Assembly: GCA_021776915.1 (NCBI GenBank)
Contig: JAIQZU010000039.1
Coordinates: forward strand, 89,720-121,719
Direction: 5' to 3'
DNA length: 32,000 nucleotides
Source of the DNA: Candidatus Scalindua sp.
Lineage (GTDB): Bacteria; Planctomycetota; Brocadiia; Brocadiales; Scalinduaceae
Shown: one piece after another, positions 15,716-23,634 of the stretch
Numbering within the stretch: the stretch's first letter is position 1
How the letters are laid out: each line of letters begins with the position of its first letter
Made by a program: the position numbers and the translations under genes
The notes under the pieces: model-generated
What the model was told of the DNA's origin: nothing
Seen by the model: the letters and a program-made list of their open reading frames with translations, nothing else
Database searches by the model: none

Positions 15716-17260
15716 TTACAACACATTAAAACCGCGAACCTTCAGTGTTTCCTCTAACCTTTCAGACTCATTCTTTGTGAGTGCTTCTATTTCCTCGGTA
15801 TTAGGAACTATAAGCTCATCTATCAACTCCGATTTTGAGAAAATGCCTAACACTGTACTTTCATTAAGTTTGGTAACACTGCCATAAAAAGCACTAAAGA
15901 ATATAACAGTTGTGTTTTCCAACTCCACCGACGAATTAAATAAAACCACATTTACATCTTTTGCAGGTTCAGATTCAGAAGAAAATTCTAATGAAAATTT
16001 AGGATTGTACTCTTGACCAACAATGTACAGCAAGTAGAAATGTCCTATTTTCTCAAAAACTTTATAAGGATAAATAAGTTCATCAATCAAATTTAGCTCG
16101 AATAATTTACTATACGTCGCATTAAATGCATTAAATTCCATTTCAAAATTCTCGGGTACTGATGTTGAACCCTGTGATAAAGAAACTTTAAGGGGAGTGC
16201 TACCATCCTTTGGTTCAACTTCGATATAGGTCTTACCTTCACTATCCGCTTCTTTCATGAAGCTAAGAAAACCATAAAGTTCTTTGATAGGAACCTTCAA
16301 TTTTTTATCTAACAAATTTTCAACATTAAAATTTAATTCATTACTCTCTAGCCGATAAACTATTTCAAACAATGACGTCTTTATTCTCATTGCTGCAAAT
16401 TTTTTAGGCAAATGCTTTGGCACCGTATATATTAAACCGTCAAACACGTATTTCTTTGAAAATTCTGACTGACTCAACTTCACTTTGGCTTTAGTAAGTT
16501 CATTTTCTATAGGCTTTATAGTAGTTGTATGATTCTTGTCCACATGAAGAGGAATCGTATCTGGAATGCCTAAAGGTGCTTGATACGTAGTGGTATCTAC
16601 CGTAAACTCTTCGTCATAGCCCAAGAAACAGTTTGCCATTGATCTTAGTGATTTTTCGTCATTCAATGTAATATTAAAATGTAAAAGACCGCTTTCAAGC
16701 TCAATACGTTTAAGCCATTTAACTTTCCTCTCAATGTAGGTTAAATAATCGGGTTTTGCTGACCTTGAGAATAACCCACTTAAACAATATCCACTAAGCT
16801 CAGTAAGGCTACAAGCCTCATCAAATTTTATAAGTTTTTTGCTTTTGTTTAGCTTTAAATCTTTGTTAGCAACTTCCTTATTTCTGAGAGTTTGTAATAC
16901 ATTAAGCGCTAAGTCTTCGTCTATATGCAGCAAGTAAGCTCTTTCAGGGTTAATTCCAGAATCGTAAAGCGCTAGAAAAATAAAGGTTGGTCCACCAAAT
17001 TGAATCAGATTTAGTAGATTACTATACGTTAGAGAACATTCAGGCTTTCCGCTTCTCGTAGCTTTTACTTGAACCCTGTAAACTTGGCGAACCTGGGATG
17101 TGTAATCAATTGTTGGTGAGTTTGGATGCTCAACCTCAAAGTCCCAACCAGCTTTATCATCATCAGAAGCATTTACAACTAGCCCTGCATCTTTTGCTAG
17201 CAATTTAAAGAAGCTTTCTCCCATAGATCCTAGATCTTCTGACCTTTTTGTATTAATCAT
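15716..17260 (-). CDS. DUF4365-like PD-(D/E)xK nuclease-fold N-terminal domain fused to an uncharacterised domain of about 380 aa
   Basis: N-terminus GESFFKLLAKDAGL...DKAGWD40FEVE...YRVQVK66AT matches the recalled DUF4365 / restriction-endonuclease-like D...E.K pattern. The remainder has no motif I recognise. Confidence 0.65.
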   Translation of the reverse strand: MINTKRSEDLGSMGESFFKLLAKDAGLVVNASDDDKAGWDFEVEHPNSPTIDYTSQVRQVYRVQVKATRSGKPECSLTYSNLLNLIQFGGPTFIFLALYDSGINPERAYLLHIDEDLALNVLQTLRNKEVANKDLKLNKSKKLIKFDEACSLTELSGYCLSGLFSRSAKPDYLTYIERKVKWLKRIELESGLLHFNITLNDEKSLRSMANCFLGYDEEFTVDTTTYQAPLGIPDTIPLHVDKNHTTTIKPIENELTKAKVKLSQSEFSKKYVFDGLIYTVPKHLPKKFAAMRIKTSLFEIVYRLESNELNFNVENLLDKKLKVPIKELYGFLSFMKEADSEGKTYIEVEPKDGSTPLKVSLSQGSTSVPENFEMEFNAFNATYSKLFELNLIDELIYPYKVFEKIGHFYLLYIVGQEYNPKFSLEFSSESEPAKDVNVVLFNSSVELENTTVIFFSAFYGSVTKLNESTVLGIFSKSELIDELIVPNTEEIEALTKNESERLEETLKVRGFNVL

Positions 17261-17325
17261 CTTCTATAACCTGAAAAATGTTGATGGCCACTGAAATAGA
17301 TTATACCATCTATATCTCGTTGTAT

Positions 17326-17583
17326 CTAATCATCCGCTGATTCAAAAAAGGTTTTCCCTTGCCTGATAAAAGCCTGAAATAATGAATATGTAGTTTTGAT
17401 TTCACGTTTATTTTTAATGCCATTTGAGCGTATAAAGTCATATCCAACTTCCTCAATTTTGGAGAGATAGTGAAGAGATGAAAATATTTCGTCATTAAGG
17501 GGACGATTTGTGTGTAAAGGAATTTTCGGGGACTGACTAAGATTCAAATCCATAAAGCCTGTCATTTTTCGATAATTTGCCAT
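17326..17583 (-). CDS. small hypothetical ORF (85 aa), possibly a truncated gene fragment
   Basis: Lies between the RM gene and the DUF4365-like gene on the same strand. The C-terminal YSLFQAFIRQGKTFFESA resembles the N-terminal helix of YaaC/Abi-like proteins (weak recollection). No SD seen. Confidence 0.3.
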   Translation of the reverse strand: MANYRKMTGFMDLNLSQSPKIPLHTNRPLNDEIFSSLHYLSKIEEVGYDFIRSNGIKNKREIKTTYSLFQAFIRQGKTFFESADD

Positions 17584-17688
17584 AAGTATGAATTATATTT
17601 TTTAGAGTATAACGCTTTGCATAACTTACCCGAAATTGAAATGCAAATTAAACTTGGTTACATTTCAACAGACAGAAATTTGGGTAGT

Positions 17689-20600
17689 TTATGCTAAATC
17701 CATAAATTGAATTTTATCTATTTCTTTCATAAGCCTGTCTGTTTCTGTCAACGCTACAATTATTTTCTGGTAATGCAAAATATCCTCAAAGGTTAATTCT
17801 CTACCTTTCCTGTCCTTTAGCCATTTCTGTGCGGGTTGATAACCACCGATGTAAAATTCCCACGCAATAACAGGTACTTTATCAAAATATTGCCGGTCAT
17901 TTATCCAGACACGGCCTGAGCCTTTTTCTTTATCAATTATTTCAAAATCATTTTTACCGATTTTACGAGTTACTATATTGTTACCATCATTTGGATAAGA
18001 AGTATTCCCTTGTTCAACTATAGGACTTTCCAATAAATGTATTTGCCGCAATTCTCCTCCAGGTTTTACCAATTGCCAGAATATATCCTTATCTTTGGGA
18101 TAAGGAACTCGTGGAAAATCTATTTTCAGAAACTCCTTGTATTTCTCACGGTAAGTGGGTGAGTATAAAACGGCATAGATATAATCCAGTATATCAATTG
18201 GCGCAAAGGTATTTACGGTACCGTCCTTTTCGTTGGTAAAGGTTAAACCGAGATTTGCTGCAATTTGTTTTACAATTACTTGGTTCAAGTTTGGTGTGCG
18301 TTCTTGTTCATTAAATAGTATTGATTGTCCATTGGTTTCTGGATAGAGGTAGAGGGGGAAAAGATATGATCTTTCTTTTGTTTCTAGCGATACAGTGCAA
18401 TCATTAATAAGTGCACTTGAACAAAGTATATGTCTGAATTTTCTATTTACTTGACGATTAGTAATCAACCCCAAATTCTCCTGCATCATATGACCCATAA
18501 CTTCCCTTCGTGAACGCTCAATAAGATCATCATGATAAAAAATCCATTGAATATCGAATGGCCTGTAGAGAATTTTTGTAACAGATTTTTCCCAATCTTT
18601 ACAGTCTATTATTCTCTCTCTTTTTTCTTTTAACTTCCAGTTGGATTTATCCTTTAAATTAAAGCTTTTTCGAATGATTTCATCTGATGCTGCTTTATTA
18701 CGAAACTCCATAATACGTGCTTTCAGGGAATCCTTATTAGAGTCAATTACAAAATTATCTCGTGAGGTAACTATCCCAACATTATTAACAGGAAAAATGT
18801 CTGTTACCTTCAGATACTTCTCATAATTTTTTGAGAGTTTTTCATCTCTTGGAATAAAAAAGTAAAATTCAGTTTTAGGTGTCAACTTCTTCCACTTTGT
18901 GGTCTTAATATCATTATTCAAAAGCCAGCTATATTTTTCTTGCCTTTTTCCATAAATATCAAAATGGAAAATATCGGCAGGCTTTGTTGAAGCGTGAGTT
19001 TTTACAAAAATATTAATTGAAACGCCTTGCATAATGTCAAAAATATTTTGGTCTTGTGAACCATCAGAACAAACTTCTTTCTTCTTAATGTTACCATGTA
19101 AATCTATGGTATAAATTTTATCGTAGGTTCTTAACAAGTTCCAACGCATTCCTCTAAACGTAGGATTATCTAAAAAACCGTGTGGATTAATAAACGCCAA
19201 AATACCTTCCCCGTTTTTTTCAATAAAATGTTGCCCATATCTAAGAAATTTTACATAGTCGTCATTAATCCATTTTGGATTTTTTTCTCTTAATTTTTCT
19301 TTCCCCCCAGGTTCTTTTTTGTAATCCTCCATTAGATTCATAATCCAATTCCCTTTATTAGCACTTTCTCCACTATAAGGAGGATTACCCAAAATCACCA
19401 TAACAGGCGTGTCCCTCTTTACTAAATTGGCTTCTGTTGCTTCCCTTGATAACCAACTCGCAAACAATGTCCCTGTATCGGGATGGGCTTCTTCAAGGCT
19501 GTTTGTCAGGAATACTCTTAATCTTTGTTGTTTGTTATTATCTCCAGGTTTATATCCTGTTTCACGCAAGAGCATTTCCAGTTTTAAATGGCATATCGTA
19601 TAAGATGCCATTAATATTTCAAAACCGTTAATGCGTGGTATAAGTTCATTTTCAACATAGTTTGACCAGATGCCTTTCTGATTTTCAAATTTTTTATATA
19701 TCTGCTTAACGACTTCAGTCAGAAAGGTACCCGTACCGGTTGCAGGATCAAGAATTTGTACTTTATGTACCTGCTTCTTTATTTTTTTGCCTACACCCTG
19801 TACCTCTACTTTCATTTCAATCTTGCTTGTATCGGCTAATCCCTGCTGTAAATCAAATTCGGTTTTCAAAATATCATCCACTGCTCTTACAATAAAATTA
19901 ACAACCGGTTCAGGTGTATAATACACACCTCGTGATTTCCGTAGTTTCGCGTCATATTCAGCGAGGAAGGTTTCGTAGAAATGAATGAAAGGGTCGTGTT
20001 GTTGGGTAGCTGTTCCGAAATCCGCCAACAGTGATTTTACGTCTGTCGCCCTGAAAATATCAGCAAGGTCATTTACAATCCAGACGACACGGTTGTCCAA
20101 ATCCGGGCCTGCAACATAAGTAAAGAGTTGTCTTAGAAATGGATTTGATTTTGGGACCAGAAACAGAGCTTCTTCCCTGGAAAAATCCTCTAATGTTGTA
20201 TCATGCAATCTTGCTGCAAATAAGCCATAGGCAATGGTCTGTGCGTAAATATCTGCAAATTGCTTTTCAGACAAGTCATGAATTAATATTTGACGGAAAG
20301 CGTCAAGTTGTTCTTTCAAAGTATTGTCTTCGTCTTCTGTCTCTACCGCTTTATGGATAACCTCTTCCATCATTCTGGCTTTATGAGCCATCATTTTAGC
20401 AAGCTTCTCAGCAGACTTTACGGTTTGTCCTTTAAAAGAACAAAAATCATTTATATGCAGAATAAATGATTCAAAGTTTTCTGACAATATGTTGAACTTG
20501 TTGTTTTCTGTGTCAATAATTTTTATGGTTTTAACTTTTTCGCCATATTTAATAAATCTGAATTCCATGTAGTCTGTTAAAATTAGATTATCAAGGCTCT

Positions 20601-20874
20601 TTTTATACCGTTTTAATTGGTCGGTTTTTTCAATCTTATCTAAATCAACTCCAATATCCTTTGCCTCAATGTAACCGATAGGCGCTTCTTTCCTTTGAAT
20701 TATATAATCAGGAGCGCCGCATTCCTGCCTTTTGGGTTCATTGGTTACATTTATCCCTTTTATGAGGTTTTGTAAAAGATTTTGTAAATCCCCACGGTAA
20801 CTATGCTCCGTTGAAATGCCTGTTCTAAATCTTTGTTTTATATTCTTACAATATTGTTCTATATCATTTTTCAT
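17689..20874 (-). CDS. type IIG (single-chain) restriction endonuclease / N6-adenine DNA methyltransferase
   Basis: N-terminal PD55-(x13)-E70AK72 nuclease motif (GAPDYII...GYIEAKD). GVYYTPEPVV. SAM motif I ILDPATGTGTF (aa 374-384). Motif IV NPPY (aa 497-500, nt 19375-19386), giving gamma-class order. Long C-terminal target-recognition region with FPLYLYPE and IDFPRVPYP. Confidence 0.85.
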   Translation of the reverse strand: MKNDIEQYCKNIKQRFRTGISTEHSYRGDLQNLLQNLIKGINVTNEPKRQECGAPDYIIQRKEAPIGYIEAKDIGVDLDKIEKTDQLKRYKKSLDNLILTDYMEFRFIKYGEKVKTIKIIDTENNKFNILSENFESFILHINDFCSFKGQTVKSAEKLAKMMAHKARMMEEVIHKAVETEDEDNTLKEQLDAFRQILIHDLSEKQFADIYAQTIAYGLFAARLHDTTLEDFSREEALFLVPKSNPFLRQLFTYVAGPDLDNRVVWIVNDLADIFRATDVKSLLADFGTATQQHDPFIHFYETFLAEYDAKLRKSRGVYYTPEPVVNFIVRAVDDILKTEFDLQQGLADTSKIEMKVEVQGVGKKIKKQVHKVQILDPATGTGTFLTEVVKQIYKKFENQKGIWSNYVENELIPRINGFEILMASYTICHLKLEMLLRETGYKPGDNNKQQRLRVFLTNSLEEAHPDTGTLFASWLSREATEANLVKRDTPVMVILGNPPYSGESANKGNWIMNLMEDYKKEPGGKEKLREKNPKWINDDYVKFLRYGQHFIEKNGEGILAFINPHGFLDNPTFRGMRWNLLRTYDKIYTIDLHGNIKKKEVCSDGSQDQNIFDIMQGVSINIFVKTHASTKPADIFHFDIYGKRQEKYSWLLNNDIKTTKWKKLTPKTEFYFFIPRDEKLSKNYEKYLKVTDIFPVNNVGIVTSRDNFVIDSNKDSLKARIMEFRNKAASDEIIRKSFNLKDKSNWKLKEKRERIIDCKDWEKSVTKILYRPFDIQWIFYHDDLIERSRREVMGHMMQENLGLITNRQVNRKFRHILCSSALINDCTVSLETKERSYLFPLYLYPETNGQSILFNEQERTPNLNQVIVKQIAANLGLTFTNEKDGTVNTFAPIDILDYIYAVLYSPTYREKYKEFLKIDFPRVPYPKDKDIFWQLVKPGGELRQIHLLESPIVEQGNTSYPNDGNNIVTRKIGKNDFEIIDKEKGSGRVWINDRQYFDKVPVIAWEFYIGGYQPAQKWLKDRKGRELTFEDILHYQKIIVALTETDRLMKEIDKIQFMDLA

Positions 20875-20950
20875 TATATTTCATTTTTACAAAATATTTT
20901 TTATTTCTTCTAAGTAAATTACGCCAAAATCGGGGACGTGTTTACACATC

Positions 20951-21715
20951 TCACTGCCTTTTTTTGTTAAATATACGTTTTATCCGGTACCTAATTGCGC
21001 CAATGTTGAACCAAAATTCAGCCCATCTCTCTTTAAACGGCCTATTCAAATCACGATATTCGTGCCGAATACACAATAAAAGCTTAAGATACGGATCCTC
21101 TACAGGCTCATCAATTGTCTCACAAGCATTTTCATTAACTCTTTTTAATGCAATGTGCTCATTTTTAACTTTATCAGGGGGCAATAACCTCGTCTTCTCC
21201 AAGTTTTCAGCAATCGCAGGGCTGAAATAGGATAAATTTTCAGTAACATGTTTTATAAGCCGTATAAATCTCTTGGCGAAATCTTCATTTTCCAGATGAA
21301 AAACAGGAGATTGATAATTTATGAATTCATCAAGCCTCCTAGTCTGTTTGTCTCTTTCATGTGCATGGTAAGCTTCACGCACCTTGTTGCAAAACTCTCT
21401 TTTGCCTTCCTCGGATTTTATATGCTCTGGTATGTAGAAATTAAAACCGTAAGTTTGCTCTATCCAATGCGCATTCGAGAATTCGTTTACCGCCCTTTCT
21501 AGATCTTTGTCTTCGCTTTCAAAAGTAGATTCTTGTTCATTCTTATAATGATAAAGCAGTAGATCCGAAGCATCATGGTAGACTTTGTCATATACTCGCG
21601 CTCGCTCATTTCTCCTTGCAATTTTCGACTGTCTGATTGAAAACAGAAAACTTAACGCTGCAACAACAAGGCTACCTAAGGATATGTAAATTGCTATCTG
21701 TGATTTTTCTGTCAT
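20951..21715 (-). CDS. hypothetical membrane-anchored helical protein
   Basis: Single N-terminal TM helix (IAIYISLGSLVVAALSFLFSI), then a charged alpha-helical-looking region. Lies 76 bp upstream of the RM gene on the same strand. Confidence 0.5.
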   Translation of the reverse strand: MTEKSQIAIYISLGSLVVAALSFLFSIRQSKIARRNERARVYDKVYHDASDLLLYHYKNEQESTFESEDKDLERAVNEFSNAHWIEQTYGFNFYIPEHIKSEEGKREFCNKVREAYHAHERDKQTRRLDEFINYQSPVFHLENEDFAKRFIRLIKHVTENLSYFSPAIAENLEKTRLLPPDKVKNEHIALKRVNENACETIDEPVEDPYLKLLLCIRHEYRDLNRPFKERWAEFWFNIGAIRYRIKRIFNKKRQ

Positions 21716-21870
21716 ATCGTGCCTAGTAGATTACAAGTTATTATAAAGTTCTGAATAACATCACTATAGTAACGTTATTCTATAGAAATATTGTTATGTT
21801 AGTATTATAAAGACAGCGATTAAGTATTTGAATTATAGAGTGCTATTTCACGTCATACTCAATGCAATAG

Positions 21871-22167
21871 TTAGGTTTGATCTTTGTCTAATAAACGTTT
21901 TCCATGTATAACGGCTAAAATATAAATTTCCTTACCTTTTATTTCATAAATTAACCGATATTGAAAAACAAATAACTCCCGAATGGCTGCGTCACCAATT
22001 TCTGGAACAACACGGCCGGATTTGGGGAAATGAATTAAGGATTGAGGAGTTTCATAAATTTTGTTGACCGTTGATTCAGCATAAAATGCAGAATCTCTTG
22101 CTATGTATTCCCCAATTGCGTCAATATCTTCCAAAGCTTCTGGAGACCAAATTATTTTGTAATCCAT
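21871..22167 (-). CDS. parE: type II toxin, RelE/ParE family
   Basis: IIWSPEALEDIDAIGEYIARDS...YRLIYEIKGKEIYILAVIHGKR is the typical ParE/RelE pattern. 98 aa. Confidence 0.85.
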   Translation of the reverse strand: MDYKIIWSPEALEDIDAIGEYIARDSAFYAESTVNKIYETPQSLIHFPKSGRVVPEIGDAAIRELFVFQYRLIYEIKGKEIYILAVIHGKRLLDKDQT

Positions 22168-22340
22168 TTTGCTAGTCGAGCTTTGGCTTCTTCATTAGAA
22201 ATACCATTACCATTTTTTATGGATTCCTGACCTTTGCGGATTTTTTCAAGAACGTAAAGATGGTATTGGATGTCTTCCAATGTAGCCTTTTCCGGCAAGT
22301 GATGAATCATCTCTGCAATGTCATCTTTTAAAGTACTCAT
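22152..22340 (-). CDS. cognate antitoxin (small, 62 aa)
   Basis: Immediately upstream of the toxin with a 16-bp overlap. Its size and position are typical of a type II antitoxin. Confidence 0.7.
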   Translation of the reverse strand: MSTLKDDIAEMIHHLPEKATLEDIQYHLYVLEKIRKGQESIKNGNGISNEEAKARLAKWITK

Positions 22341-22812
22341 AGCTGAAATATAGAAAACTTTGATTTTAAGTTTAAGTAAAGACTAACTTAGGTTATGTGG
22401 CTATATACATTATTATTTTTTACGGCTATCAATTAAATCTGTATTGTAAATATATAGTTAACAAATCCATACGTCAATAATAATACATTAGCATCACTGC
22501 CCTAAGACTATCAAGGTTTTAGAGGTTTATTGTGTTACAAAAGATAAGGGTAATACTGATATTGACCTTAGCCTTTACAAACGTATCCTTGTTTTTCTGT
22601 CGAGCAGGCATAATATGGTTCCTAAATTTAGGTTTATTTTGTTTTTCCTGTTTCTCTACTCTTTCGATTGTAGAGTGTCACATTATTCTATCCAAATCTT
22701 TCTGAATCTTATAAATAACTTCCTTTACGCCTAATGTAAGAGAATGTAATCCATAAACACCGAATTAACAATCATCAATTTTAAATCTTCAATAGTCAAT
22801 CTAAAATCTCCC

Positions 22813-23232
22813 CTATTCACCAATAATCTTCACCAGAACCCTCTTCTTCCTCCTACCGTCAAATTCTCCGTAGAATATCTGTTCCCAGGGACCAAAGTCC
22901 AATTTGCCTCCGGTTATTGCGACAACGACTTCACGACCCATTACCTGCCGCTTGAGGTGCGCATCACCATTATCCTCGCCAGTATTGTTATGATGGTACT
23001 GCGAGATTGGTTCATGGGGCGCCAGCTTTTCCAGCCACTCTTCATAATCCTGATGAAGGCCGGACTCATCATCATTAATAAAGACGGATGCGGTGATATG
23101 CATGGCATTGACGAGGACTATGCCTTCCCTAACACCGCTTTCGCCGAGACAGGTATTGACCTGAGGCGTAATGTTTATAAACTCCCTCCTTTTTGTCACA
23201 TTGAACCATAGCTCTTTGCGATAGCTCTTCAT
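22813..23232 (-). CDS. yjbQ: YjbQ/UPF0047 family protein (secondary thiamine-phosphate synthase-like)
   Basis: [60 protein letters not shown]. Confidence 0.85.
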   Translation of the reverse strand: MKSYRKELWFNVTKRREFINITPQVNTCLGESGVREGIVLVNAMHITASVFINDDESGLHQDYEEWLEKLAPHEPISQYHHNNTGEDNGDAHLKRQVMGREVVVAITGGKLDFGPWEQIFYGEFDGRRKKRVLVKIIGE

Positions 23233-23304
23233 TTTCTCACACTCCTCTCTTTCAATTAATAAATATTGTAACCTGAATTGTTCGATTTTATTTTACATGC
23301 CGTT

Positions 23305-23382
23305 GTAGCCGCTGGCTTTAGCCTGCGTCCTGCATCACCTGATGGATTCGTGTAAGTTACGCAACCTCAAGGTTGCGGCTAC
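23305..23382. repeat. nested palindromic REP-like element (GTAGCCGC...CGCAACCT-ca-AGGTTGCGGCTAC)
   Basis: GTAGCCGC at 23305-23312 pairs with GCGGCTAC at 23375-23382. Inner palindrome CGCAACCT 23360-23367 / AGGTTGCG 23370-23377. The 12-mer AGGTTGCGGCTA recurs at 23607-23618. Confidence 0.6.
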
Positions 23383-23449
23383 GAAATCGCTCAATTTAGA
23401 TGTAAGTTTACATTCTCATTTCCCTTTCCTCAACAACCAATTATAACGG

Positions 23450-23477
23450 TTGACAAGATATCACACCATACTATAGG
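23450..23477 (+). promoter_or_regulatory. candidate promoter for yihY-like gene (TTGACA-16-TATAGG)
   Basis: TTGACA at 23450-23455 and TATAGG at 23472-23477. It would give a structured leader of about 150 nt. Confidence 0.3.
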
Positions 23478-23488
23478 ATACCCATAAA

Positions 23489-23565
23489 AAGTTTGAAGTG
23501 CCTTAAGTGAACTAAAGTGTCTAAAGTTTAAAAAAAATTCCACAACTTTAGCTCACTTCAAACTT
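23489..23565. repeat. long imperfect inverted repeat / structured leader element
   Basis: AAGTTTGAAGTG (23489-23500) pairs with CACTTCAAACTT (23554-23565), and CTAAAGTT (23521-23528) pairs with AACTTTAG (23544-23551). The left arm contains degenerate 9-bp tandem units (cttaagtga/actaaagtg/tctaaagtt). Confidence 0.6.
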
Positions 23566-23634
23566 CCTGCCCGAACTGATTGGCAGGCGGGTAGGCACTT
23601 TAAACTAGGTTGCGGCTATGCCGCATGTTATCTA

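Noticed and set aside
17541-17551. GATTCAAATCC, resembling a tRNA T-loop
   Set aside because: The flanking bases do not form a T-stem (TAAGA versus CCATA), and no acceptor or anticodon arms can be drawn. Not a tRNA.
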